Of a stretch of 64,000 nt of DNA, positions 41,041 through 50,254 are shown in pieces (within the stretch, counting starts at the first letter, position 1; every line of letters starts with the position of its first letter). The translations under genes were made by a program, and so were the position numbers. The notes under the pieces were generated by a model, which worked only from the letters and a program-made list of their open reading frames with translations, made no database searches and was not told the DNA's origin. Origin of the DNA: an uncultured Candidatus Saccharibacteria bacterium (GTDB taxonomy: Bacteria > Patescibacteriota > Minisyncoccia > UBA6257 > GWB1-50-10); assembly GCA_964357525.1 (NCBI GenBank), contig CAYHLH010000001.1:11719-75718 (forward strand), in the 5' to 3' direction.

Positions 41041-41763
41041 TTATGCTTTTTTGCCCTTCTTCGCAACGAAAATCTCGGAAAAATGCCCCTTCTGGTCCAC
41101 GTGCAACGCCTGGTCGCGGACGAGGTGCAGGACCGCGAGGAAGAGGACAACGATCTCGCGCCTAGAGGCGTTCTTCTTGAACTCGCTGAATGCGGTGGGC
41201 TCCGAAGTGATCCTCGCCATGACCTCCTGTATCTTTTGCTTGAGGTTCACGACCTCGCGCGCGATGGTCTCGACGGGCGTGTAGAGGCGCTCCAGGTCTC
41301 CGTACACCTTCGCCATCGCGGCGCGAAGCGTCTCCGAAGTGACGCGCTCGGGAGGGAGGAATACGCGCTCGCTGGACAAAAGGAACTCCCTTGCGCCCAT
41401 CTTGGGCGAGGCGCTCCACGCCTCCGCCAAGTGCCGCTCCGCGTCCTTCAATTCCTTATAGAGCCGGACGCGGGATTCGAGGTTCTTGATGTCGGCCTCC
41501 TCCTCTTCCGTCAAGGGAAGCGAGGGGAGGAGTATCTTCGATTTGATGAAGATGAGCTTGGAAGCGACAACGAGAAAATCGGCGACGAGCGCCCGATAAC
41601 GCGGGTCCTCCTCAAGCGCCGTCACGTAATTCAAAAAATCCCCCGTGACCTCGGCAAGCGAAACGAGGGTGATCTCCATCTTCTTCTCGAGGACGAGGTC
41701 CAAAAGCGTCCCGATGGGCCCCTTATACGAGTCGAGCGAGAGTTCGTAGGATGTGTCAGCCAT
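41041..41763 (-). CDS. scpA: Segregation and condensation protein A
   Basis: YKGPIGTLLDLV, IKSKILLP, FLAVLHL. Confidence 0.93.
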   Translation of the reverse strand: MADTSYELSLDSYKGPIGTLLDLVLEKKMEITLVSLAEVTGDFLNYVTALEEDPRYRALVADFLVVASKLIFIKSKILLPSLPLTEEEEADIKNLESRVRLYKELKDAERHLAEAWSASPKMGAREFLLSSERVFLPPERVTSETLRAAMAKVYGDLERLYTPVETIAREVVNLKQKIQEVMARITSEPTAFSEFKKNASRREIVVLFLAVLHLVRDQALHVDQKGHFSEIFVAKKGKKA

Positions 41764-42802
41764 GCCTCACTACCATTATATCGCCTTCCTGCATCGTGTA
41801 ATCCTTCCCTTCAATGCGCACCCAGCCCTTCTTCTTCGCTTCGTTCCATGCGTCAGCATGCCCTGAGCTCGCCGAACGGGCGGCCTCCAAGAGTTTGTCA
41901 CAAGAGACCACCTCGGCTCTGATGAATTTCTCCTCGAAATCCGTGTGTATCTCCCCCGCCGCCTGCGGCGCCTTTTCCCCCTTGGGGCAGGTCCACGCGC
42001 GGGTCTCGTCCTCCCCCGTCGTGAAAAAGCTCATGAGCCCGAGGGTCTCGTATGCCTTCCGAACGAGCACATCCAAGGAAACCGGGGACGAAAGATCCTG
42101 TATGAGCCAATGCATTCCGGATTTCTGAATTTCCGCCTTAACATTTTCAGAAACATCGGATTCGCTTCCGTTCAAGAGAATGATTTGCGGTTTCGCTGTC
42201 AAAAGGTGAAGTTCATTGATGACCGGTTCGTGCGCGAACTCCGTTACGTATTCGTTCCCTGCCTGCGCAGGCAGGCGCGAAATCTTCTCCTTCACCTTTT
42301 CCAAAATTTCCCTGTTGTGCTTCGCCGACTTCTCTCCCGCGCGTATGTCCTTGTCTATCGATACGATTCGCTTCTCTACGGTTTCCAGGTCCTTCAAAGC
42401 CAATTCGGTCTTGATTGTCTCCATGTCGCGCAACGGGTCGGGCTTTCCTTCCACGTGTATTATCTCGTCATTCTCGAACGCCCTCACGACCTGCACTATG
42501 GCCTTGCAATCGCGTATGTGGGTCAGAAATTGGTTCCCCAATCCCTCGCCCTTGTTCGCTCCCTTCACGAGTCCCGCGATATCGTAGAATTCCACGACGG
42601 CGGGAACCGTCTTTTTTGACTTGCTGATGTCCGTGAGTTTTTTCAACCGCTCGTCTGGAACCGGAACGACGCCCACGTTCTGGTCTATGGTCGCAAAGGG
42701 ATAGTTCGCGATGTGTATGTCCTGCGCGGTCAAATGCTTGAAGAGCGTGGATTTCCCCACGTTCGGAAGCCCAACTATTCCGATTGAAAGTTTATATGAC
42801 AT
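41756..42802 (-). CDS. ychF: Obg-family ATPase YchF
   Basis: GLPNVGKST, DIAGLVKGA, FFTTG, IHTDF, EGKDY. Confidence 0.97.
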   Translation of the reverse strand: MSYKLSIGIVGLPNVGKSTLFKHLTAQDIHIANYPFATIDQNVGVVPVPDERLKKLTDISKSKKTVPAVVEFYDIAGLVKGANKGEGLGNQFLTHIRDCKAIVQVVRAFENDEIIHVEGKPDPLRDMETIKTELALKDLETVEKRIVSIDKDIRAGEKSAKHNREILEKVKEKISRLPAQAGNEYVTEFAHEPVINELHLLTAKPQIILLNGSESDVSENVKAEIQKSGMHWLIQDLSSPVSLDVLVRKAYETLGLMSFFTTGEDETRAWTCPKGEKAPQAAGEIHTDFEEKFIRAEVVSCDKLLEAARSASSGHADAWNEAKKKGWVRIEGKDYTMQEGDIMVVRHG

Positions 42803-42892
42803 ATCAAGGTAAGAATAGGACAGGAAAGGGCGGAAGTAAAATAAAAACCCGCACTCTTCCGAGTACGGATTATATAAAACGGATCTTCTCAA

Positions 42893-43495
42893 TCAACCGA
42901 AAGTGAATTCAACTTTGATTAAAAGAGGTGGGAGATTTGAATCGAGGTTCTTAACTGGAAATGTCAATCGTTCATAATTTTTATCCCGCATCATCCAAAA
43001 ATCCGAGTTTAGATGAACAATTTCAGTTTTTTCTTTAAAATCCAAACAGTAATATGGTTTGCACAGATCTAAAAGAAAGTTTCCGCCGTCCCTCCATATT
43101 ACGCGGTCTGTACGCGCAACTCTCTGGTCATAAACATCAGGGACATTATATTCCCACGAAACAAAGCGGTTTAACATCCATCCTTCCTTCATATTATAAG
43201 TTTCGGAAAGGTAGTAAGAGTAACTGTAGCGTCCGTAAGGCGAGAGGGGTGGCGCTACTTTTTCAAAACTTCCTTCATCATTTTCCCAAAGCCCTGTTCG
43301 TACTTCCGTTGTGAGAACTGTCATCTTAGGATAGGGAGGATATGTAAATACCATAAAAAGCAAAAAGATTGGAATAAAAAATGTTTTAATGGGAACATTC
43401 CAGGCCCACGGTCCTGCACCCCAAATGAGAATAGCGACGATTCCTCCGATGAAAAATGCATACACAAATTTCCAGAGGAGAAGTTCAGCAAACAT
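42893..43495 (-). CDS. AT-rich orphan membrane protein
   Basis: 2 N-terminal TM helices; AAGGAG SD; own promoter and terminator. Confidence 0.65.
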   Translation of the reverse strand: MFAELLLWKFVYAFFIGGIVAILIWGAGPWAWNVPIKTFFIPIFLLFMVFTYPPYPKMTVLTTEVRTGLWENDEGSFEKVAPPLSPYGRYSYSYYLSETYNMKEGWMLNRFVSWEYNVPDVYDQRVARTDRVIWRDGGNFLLDLCKPYYCLDFKEKTEIVHLNSDFWMMRDKNYERLTFPVKNLDSNLPPLLIKVEFTFG

Positions 43496-43794
43496 AATGT
43501 CTCCTTTTTAATAGTTGAGAAATATTGTTAGTTAACTAATAAAGAGTTTACCATAAAAAATTGGTATAGTCAATATGACGAATTTCACCTCCCTACCTGG
43601 ATACTTATTTTGAATTCAAAGGGTATCATTTTTGCTTCGTTTCTCATTATGTCCGATTGCGTCCGTACCGTGCCGATGGAAAGCTTGTAGCTCATACCGC
43701 AAGCGTATCACCGCTTTCTGGAAATGAAAAACCTCCGCTTCCTCCTCGCCCAGTATTTTCCCGCGTACGCGACGCCAAACTAGCTTGTAGCTTA

Positions 43795-44337
43795 TTAGCT
43801 TCTTAGTTTTATATGAAGCCTTCTTTTCCTTCGCGTCCAATATGGACCAGCGTAATTTACCCCGACGCGCGCAGAGTGAATAATGTCCCTTCCTGGAATC
43901 TTTTCCCCTGATTCTATCCAAAGTCCGGATTTCTTCTCCGCGGGCTTTCCGTTCAATTTCCCGTCAATGCGGAAACGTTTGGTGACTCGTGCCGGCCCAT
44001 TCCACAATTCCATAGAATTGGGGAACTGCACGGCTCGAATCAAGATCGCCGCAGGATAACCCTTTTCCCTCGTCACTATATTGAGCATCCAATGCATCCC
44101 GTACGTGAAATACACGTACCAGACGCCCGCCTCGCCGAACATCACGGCATTCCGCTCCGTTTTCCCCCGCGAAGCGTGACTCGCCCTGTCGCGGAACCCG
44201 TCATACACTTCCACTTCCATTATCTTCCCCCTAATGATCTTTTTCCTGACTTTCCTGCACAAAAACGAACCGAGAAGTAACTTCGCTACCTTCTCGGTGT
44301 CCCGTGAAAATGATTTTTGCGGCAATACTCTCCCCAT
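43795..44337 (-). CDS. 3-methyladenine DNA glycosylase (MPG/AAG family)
   Basis: EVEVYDG..DRASH, YVYFTYGMHWMLN, NGPA, RVGV. Confidence 0.93.
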   Translation of the reverse strand: MGRVLPQKSFSRDTEKVAKLLLGSFLCRKVRKKIIRGKIMEVEVYDGFRDRASHASRGKTERNAVMFGEAGVWYVYFTYGMHWMLNIVTREKGYPAAILIRAVQFPNSMELWNGPARVTKRFRIDGKLNGKPAEKKSGLWIESGEKIPGRDIIHSARVGVNYAGPYWTRRKRRLHIKLRS

Positions 44338-44702
44338 CACAAGAGATTCCTTATCTCCGCGAGCACTTCGGCGGGAATCGGGTCGCGCTCGGGGCTTTTC
44401 CCCGGATACCTCCACGCCGTGATGACCCTTATTTTCTTGCCGGTATCCAACGCGAAGTTCTCAAGGCCCTTCAATCTCCTTTTCTTCCCCTTCGCGAGTG
44501 CGTACATCACCCATATCTCGGAATACCGCTTGCTTCCCGCCGGCTGCATCACGGCCACCGTTTCTTCGGCTATCCCCTCCTCCGTCCGCGCGGGGAAGCG
44601 AATAATGCGCTTCACGCGCGATTCGGGGATGGCGTAGTACTGCATCTTTTCCCACGCATGGTCGGTCCATTCGTACCTGTCGTCGTTCTTCGGCTGCTTC
44701 AT
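44337..44702 (-). CDS. Hypothetical protein, DUF4258/BrnT-like
   Basis: WTDHA..KM and RVITAWRY pattern. Confidence 0.6.
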   Translation of the reverse strand: MKQPKNDDRYEWTDHAWEKMQYYAIPESRVKRIIRFPARTEEGIAEETVAVMQPAGSKRYSEIWVMYALAKGKKRRLKGLENFALDTGKKIRVITAWRYPGKSPERDPIPAEVLAEIRNLL

Positions 44703-45151
44703 CACTTGCGCATGAATATGCCGACGAGCTCGGCGCGTTCGAGTATGTGCCCCTTCATTGCTTCCTCCAGTCCCGCTTTCCCGGTCTCCGGCGGAAGCTC
44801 GAGCAAGGCGTCGAGCGCGTAGAGCTTGAAGCGGTAGCGGTGGGGCTTCGAGCCCTTCGGCGGGCAGGGACCTCCCCAACGGTTGCTTCCGAAACTTGTC
44901 TTCCCCTCGACCGCCCCGTGAGGCACGGTATCCTCTTCTATATATTGAGTGCCCGCGGGAATGTTCCACACGAGCCAGTGGTTCCACGTGACGCCGCCGG
45001 TCGCGTCAGGATCGTCCACGACGAGCGCGAACGACCTCGCTCCCTGCGGAGCGTTCTTAAGTTCCAGAAACGGGTTCACGTTGTCGCCCTCGCAGGTATA
45101 CTTTTCGGGGATGATATCCCCGTCTTTGAACGCAGAACACTTCAAAATCAT
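44702..45151 (-). CDS. YbhB/YbcL PEBP-family protein
   Basis: DDPDA, HWLVWNIP, GPCPP, HRY.F.LYALD. Confidence 0.95.
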   Translation of the reverse strand: MILKCSAFKDGDIIPEKYTCEGDNVNPFLELKNAPQGARSFALVVDDPDATGGVTWNHWLVWNIPAGTQYIEEDTVPHGAVEGKTSFGSNRWGGPCPPKGSKPHRYRFKLYALDALLELPPETGKAGLEEAMKGHILERAELVGIFMRK

Positions 45152-45195
45152 CGTCTTGCCTGAATTTTATCACTCCCGTACTATAAAGGAAAACG

Positions 45196-46287
45196 ATGTC
45201 TTCCCTCGCCATCTACCGCAAATACCGCCCGAAAACCTTCGGCGAACTCCTCGGACAGGAGCTCATTTCCGGAATTTTGAGGGAGGCCGCGAAGCACGAC
45301 AAGATATTTCACGCGTACCTCTTCGCGGGGCCGCGCGGCACGGGAAAGACGACGACGGCGCGCCTCATCGCGAAGATAGCGAACTGCGAGAATCTGGGGA
45401 AAGACGGCGAGCCCTGCAACAAATGCAAATTCTGCTCGGCGATAGACGAAGGGCGGAGCATGGACGTCGTCGAGATCGACGCGGCGAGTAACCGCGGCAT
45501 CGACGAGATCAGGGACCTCAAGGAGAACATCCGCACCGCGCCGTCTCAGGCGAAATGGAAAGTTTTTATCATAGATGAAGCTCACATGCTCACGACCCCC
45601 GCGTGGAACGCGCTCCTTAAAACGATAGAAGAGCCGCCGGGGCATGTAATCTTCATCTTCGCGACGACCGAATCGGAAAAAGTTCCGGCTACAATCTCCT
45701 CTCGCACCCAGCAGTTCCATTTCCAGCGTCCGAGCGTCCGGCAGATTACGGATAAGCTCCTTTATATCGCGAAAGGCGAAAAAACGGATCTATCGGAGGA
45801 AGCGGCCGAACTCATCGGCGCGCAGGCGGAAGGAAGCTTCCGCGACGCCGAGTCGCTTTTGGACCAGCTCATTTCCGCCGGTAAAAAGAGCATACAACTC
45901 GAGGATGTGGAGCGCGCCGTGGGTAAGATCGGCTTCCAAAAGCTCTCGGCGTTCGCCGAGGAAATTTTGAAAGGCAATCTGGAATCGGTGCTGGAAAAAC
46001 TTCACGCCATCGAAGACGAGGGATATAACCTGTCGCAGTTCGCAAAAGATCTTATATCGTACATACGGCGCGTTGCGGTGCTTTCCATGGCCCCGAAAAT
46101 GGAAGCGGTTATGAGGCGCGAGCTCACCGACGACCACCTGAAGCGCCTTAAGGGGCACGCGAAACTCTTCAAGAAAGAGCACATAGAGCTTTTGAAATCG
46201 CTAATCACGGCATACGGACAGATGCGTTACAGCTCGTTTCCAATCATCCCATTGGAGGTCGCATTGATTGAAGGACTGAAGAAATAA
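45196..46287 (+). CDS. dnaX: DNA polymerase III gamma/tau
   Basis: RKYRP, GPRGTGKTT, EIDAASNRG, IIDEAHML. Confidence 0.97.
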   Translation: MSSLAIYRKYRPKTFGELLGQELISGILREAAKHDKIFHAYLFAGPRGTGKTTTARLIAKIANCENLGKDGEPCNKCKFCSAIDEGRSMDVVEIDAASNRGIDEIRDLKENIRTAPSQAKWKVFIIDEAHMLTTPAWNALLKTIEEPPGHVIFIFATTESEKVPATISSRTQQFHFQRPSVRQITDKLLYIAKGEKTDLSEEAAELIGAQAEGSFRDAESLLDQLISAGKKSIQLEDVERAVGKIGFQKLSAFAEEILKGNLESVLEKLHAIEDEGYNLSQFAKDLISYIRRVAVLSMAPKMEAVMRRELTDDHLKRLKGHAKLFKKEHIELLKSLITAYGQMRYSSFPIIPLEVALIEGLKK

Positions 46288-46301
46288 TGTAATATTCCAT
46301 T

Positions 46302-46910
46302 ATGAACAAAACCATTCTTATCGTCATAGGCATCATCATCGTCATCATCGGCATTTATATTCTGCTCCCGAAGAGCGTGTCCGAGACGACGGAAACGATG
46401 GAGCCCGCCAAGGTCGAAAACGAGACAAAAAACATGAGCCACCTCATCACGCTCGACACGAATTTCGGCGTCATCAAGTTCGCCACCTATGACGCGGATG
46501 CGCCGAAGACGGTGGAAAACTTCACCGCGCTCGCGGAAAAAGGATTCTACGACAACCTCGCCTTCCACCGCGTCATCAAGGGCTTCATGATCCAGGGCGG
46601 AGACCCGAACGGAAACGGCACGGGCGGCCCCGGATACAAATTCGCGGACGAACTGGATCCAGCGACCGAGTCCTACCGGGCGGGTTACAAGAAAGGCATC
46701 GTCGCGATGGCGAATGCCGGCCCGAACACCAACGGGAGCCAGTTCTTCGTCATGCTCGAGGATTATCCGCTCCAGAACAACTACACGATCTTCGGAAAAG
46801 TGACGGAAGGACAGGATGTCGTCGACCTCATCGGACTCGTGAAGACCGACCAAAACGACAAGCCACTCGAGCCGGTCGTCATCAAAAATGTTACTGTAGA
46901 AACCAGATAA
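46302..46910 (+). CDS. Cyclophilin-type PPIase, membrane-anchored
   Basis: FHRVIKGFMIQGGDP, AMANAGPNTNGSQFF. Confidence 0.96.
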   Translation: MNKTILIVIGIIIVIIGIYILLPKSVSETTETMEPAKVENETKNMSHLITLDTNFGVIKFATYDADAPKTVENFTALAEKGFYDNLAFHRVIKGFMIQGGDPNGNGTGGPGYKFADELDPATESYRAGYKKGIVAMANAGPNTNGSQFFVMLEDYPLQNNYTIFGKVTEGQDVVDLIGLVKTDQNDKPLEPVVIKNVTVETR

Positions 46911-46916
46911 CTCTCT

Positions 46917-46943
46917 AAAAATCCCGCCGGCGGCGGGATTTTT
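46917..46943. terminator. Bidirectional intrinsic terminator
   Basis: AAAAATCCCGCCG-GCGGCGGGATTTTT between convergent genes. Confidence 0.8.
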
Positions 46944-46950
46944 GTTTCAG

Positions 46951-47439
46951 CTACTTCAGGAACATTCCCACGGCGACGCCTATGCCTATGGCGACTCCGC
47001 CCAAGACCGCCATCTTGAGGATGCCCTTCGCCGCGTTCGTGTGCGAGAGTTTCGCGCTTCCGAAGCCGAGGAAGCCGAGCGCGACAAGCGAGGCGCCGAT
47101 CGAGACGGGAAGCGCGGTCGCCGCCGGAGCGAAAATATAGGGGAAAAGAGGAATGAATCCAGAAACGAAATAGGAGAAAAACATGACGAAAGCATCAGGC
47201 GCCGAGCGCGAGAGCGGCTCTTCTTTTTTCTCCGCGAATTCTTCGGCAGAATTTTCCGAAAGGAAACTCCCCACCGCCATGGAAAACGCCTCCACGAAGA
47301 CGAGAATGACCCCCGTCGCGAATATCGTCTGCGAGTCGCTTCCCGTCGCGGCGACACCCGAAAGGAGCCCCACGGTGGACACCAGGCTGTCCTCGACCCC
47401 GAAAACGAAGTTCCTCAGAAATCCCGCCTTGCGATTCAT
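46951..47439 (-). CDS. VIT1/CCC1 family transporter
   Basis: FGVEDSLVST, SMAVGSFLSE, GFIPLFPY. Confidence 0.9.
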   Translation of the reverse strand: MNRKAGFLRNFVFGVEDSLVSTVGLLSGVAATGSDSQTIFATGVILVFVEAFSMAVGSFLSENSAEEFAEKKEEPLSRSAPDAFVMFFSYFVSGFIPLFPYIFAPAATALPVSIGASLVALGFLGFGSAKLSHTNAAKGILKMAVLGGVAIGIGVAVGMFLK

Positions 47440-47496
47440 TGATTGAAATATACCACATATACCGCGCGGCGGAGAAAAAAATAGTATAATAAAGGC

Positions 47497-48723
47497 GTGC
47501 AGAGCATTAAATCCCTCAAGTCCGCGATAGAGAAACAGATCACCCAATCCGCGGACGACATTTCCATCATCGAGCTGGTGGACCTCCTCGTGGAATACGC
47601 GTACAGCTCCCGCGCGTCCGACATCCACATCGAACCCGCCGAGAAGAGGGTCGTCATCCGCCTCAGGATAGACGGCATCCTACAGGACGAGTTTGCCATC
47701 CCGAAAGAGCTCCACGACGAGATCATAAGCCGCATCAAGGTTCTCTCGAGCCTCAAGACCGACATACACCACGTGCCGCAGGACGGTAGATTCAAGGCGA
47801 AGATCGAGGCGCGGGAAAACATCGACATCCGCGTTTCCATCGCGCCCACCTACTACGATGAGAACGCCGTCCTTCGCATCCTCGCCGAAACTAACCAGGT
47901 TTTTTCCTTCGACGAGCTCGGTTTCACGAAGGAACAGCTCGCCATCGTCGAGAAGTCCGTCAAGAAGCCGTACGGCATGATACTCGTGAACGGACCCACG
48001 GGAAGCGGAAAGACGACGACCCTTTATACCATCCTAAAGAAACTCTCCACGCGGGAGATCTCCATCATCACCATCGAGGACCCCATCGAGTACTCCATCG
48101 AGGGCGTCACGCAGATCCCCGTCTCCACTCAGGCGGGGCTCACATTCGCGAACGGGCTCAGGAGCATCCTCCGCCAGGACCCGAACATCATCATGGTCGG
48201 AGAGATACGCGACTCGGAGACCGCGAACATCGCCGTGAACGCGTCCTTGACCGGCCACCTCATGCTTTCCACCCTCCACACGAATGACGCGGCGACCACC
48301 TTCCCGCGGCTCATCGACATGGGCGTGCCGCCGTTTTTGGTAGCGTCCACACTGAACGTCGCGGTCGCTCAGCGCCTGGTCCGCAAAGCGTGCCCGGCCT
48401 GCAAGAAGGAGCGCTCTCTCGATGCCGCCGAACTCCAGAACTTCGGTGGTGCGGCGGCGGCGATGGGCGTCAAGAAATTGACCACCGCCGGCAAGGGGTG
48501 CGACCAGTGCAACGGCACCGGCTACATGGGAAGGACGGGGATCCACGAGGTCCTCGAGGTGCGCGACAATATCCGCGGCCTCATCGTCGCGCGTGCCGAC
48601 TCGAACCAGATCAAGCAGGCGGCAGTGAAAAACGGCATGCTCACGATGATCGAAGACGGGCTCGTGAAGGCGAGGGAAGGCATCACCACGATCGAGGAGG
48701 TCTTGCGCATCATCTATGAATGA
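47497..48723 (+). CDS. PilB/GspE-type ATPase (no N-terminal domain)
   Basis: ASDIHIEP, GPTGSGKTTT, LRQDP, STLHTN, CxxC. Confidence 0.95.
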   Translation: MQSIKSLKSAIEKQITQSADDISIIELVDLLVEYAYSSRASDIHIEPAEKRVVIRLRIDGILQDEFAIPKELHDEIISRIKVLSSLKTDIHHVPQDGRFKAKIEARENIDIRVSIAPTYYDENAVLRILAETNQVFSFDELGFTKEQLAIVEKSVKKPYGMILVNGPTGSGKTTTLYTILKKLSTREISIITIEDPIEYSIEGVTQIPVSTQAGLTFANGLRSILRQDPNIIMVGEIRDSETANIAVNASLTGHLMLSTLHTNDAATTFPRLIDMGVPPFLVASTLNVAVAQRLVRKACPACKKERSLDAAELQNFGGAAAAMGVKKLTTAGKGCDQCNGTGYMGRTGIHEVLEVRDNIRGLIVARADSNQIKQAAVKNGMLTMIEDGLVKAREGITTIEEVLRIIYE

Positions 48724-49807
48724 CGGACGCCCTCCCCTTCCCTTCATAGGGGCGCTTTTGTATTCGGTCCCGTTCCAGGAAAAGGTGAATTTCGCGCGCC
48801 ACCTTTCCATCGGCATCAAGAGCGGCATGCCGCTCATGGAAAACCTCCGCCTCATCCGCGGCCAGACCAGATCCAAGCGCTTCCAGCGCATCCTCGACCG
48901 CATCATGAAGGACGTGGAAAACGGGCAATTCCTCGCCCAGAGCATGAAGCGCTTCCGGGCCACGTTCGGCGACTTTTTCATCAATCTCGTGAAGGTCGGC
49001 GAATCCAGCGGCAATCTGTCGTCGAGCCTGCTCTACCTCGCCGAGGAGCTCAAAAAACAGCGCGAAGTGAGCCAACGAGTGCGCTCGGCCTTGATCTACC
49101 CCTTCATCATCCTCATTGCGACCCTCGGCATCACGGTATTCCTCACCTTCTTCATCTTCCCGAAGATCCTCCCCATTTTCTCGAGCCTTCGGGTGGAGCT
49201 TCCTTTCACGACCCGCCTCGTCATCATGACGCTCTCCTTCATCAAGGAATACGGCATCTGGGTCCTGGGCGGGCTCGTGGCATTCATCATGATGATACGC
49301 GTGCTCCTTTTCATCCCCCTGACCCATCTTTTCTTCGACCGGCTCATACTTTCGGTGCCGGTCGTCTCAAAGACAACCATGAGCCTGACCCTCGCAAACT
49401 TCACGCGCTCCCTATCGGTGCTCCTTAAAAGCGGGATGAACATCGTGGATGCGCTCGCGACCGCGAAGGGGACGTTCCACAACCTCTACTACCGCAGGGA
49501 GGTCGAGCGCATCGTCGAGAGCGTGCGGCGCGGGGAATCCATCGCGCGGTACATCGAGAACCATCCGCGCATCTTCCCCCCGATGGTCGCGGGGATGATC
49601 CGCGTCGGCGAGAGCACGGGAAACCTCCAGGAGAACCTGCTTTACCTCGCCGAGTTCTACGAGAACGAGGTGGACGAGCTCACCAAAAACCTAACCGCGA
49701 TTCTGGAACCCGTCCTTCTCCTCTTTATGGGGCTCCTCGTTGGATTCATCGCGCTCTCCATCATCACCCCCATATACAAGATCACGGAAGGCCTTCAAGT
49801 TCACTGA
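48716..49807 (+). CDS. PilC/GspF platform protein
   Basis: Two GE(S)(S/T)GNL repeats; ALIYP; LEP. Confidence 0.95.
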   Translation: MNDGRPPLPFIGALLYSVPFQEKVNFARHLSIGIKSGMPLMENLRLIRGQTRSKRFQRILDRIMKDVENGQFLAQSMKRFRATFGDFFINLVKVGESSGNLSSSLLYLAEELKKQREVSQRVRSALIYPFIILIATLGITVFLTFFIFPKILPIFSSLRVELPFTTRLVIMTLSFIKEYGIWVLGGLVAFIMMIRVLLFIPLTHLFFDRLILSVPVVSKTTMSLTLANFTRSLSVLLKSGMNIVDALATAKGTFHNLYYRREVERIVESVRRGESIARYIENHPRIFPPMVAGMIRVGESTGNLQENLLYLAEFYENEVDELTKNLTAILEPVLLLFMGLLVGFIALSIITPIYKITEGLQVH

Positions 49808-49822
49808 GCCGCACCGCTGACC

Positions 49823-50254
49823 ATGGAAAAAAAAGGATTCTCAATCGTTGAAGTCATCATCGGACTCGCCTTGTTCGCGCTCATCGTAGCGATAGGAGTC
49901 CCGATATCGCTGAACGCCTATCTCAATTACCTCCTCAATTCCGAAGCGAGGAATTATGTGAGCATTCTCCGGCGGGCGCAGAGCTTCTCCTTCGCGAACA
50001 CGGCGGGAAACCCGCACGGCGTGGCGTTCCTTCCCGACCGGTTCGTGCTCTTCCGCGGGACCTCGTACGCGGCAAGGGACGCGGCATACGACGAGATCTA
50101 CTACATATCGGGCGGGGTCGAGGTTTCGAGCGCTCCGGAGACCGTCTTCTCCTCCATCTCCGGCATCCCGAACCTCTCCGGAACATCGACATTTTCGAAT
50201 GGCAGGCAAACATACTCTGTCTATGTCAATCCTCAAGGAACAATCTACTGGTAG
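49823..50254 (+). CDS. Minor pilin
   Basis: KKG-FSIVE class III signal peptide. Confidence 0.88.
   Translation: MEKKGFSIVEVIIGLALFALIVAIGVPISLNAYLNYLLNSEARNYVSILRRAQSFSFANTAGNPHGVAFLPDRFVLFRGTSYAARDAAYDEIYYISGGVEVSSAPETVFSSISGIPNLSGTSTFSNGRQTYSVYVNPQGTIYW

Noticed and set aside
43616-43921. 101-aa ORF overlapping the glycosylase gene
   Set aside because: Largely an alternative frame crossing a low-complexity repeat; no recognisable family
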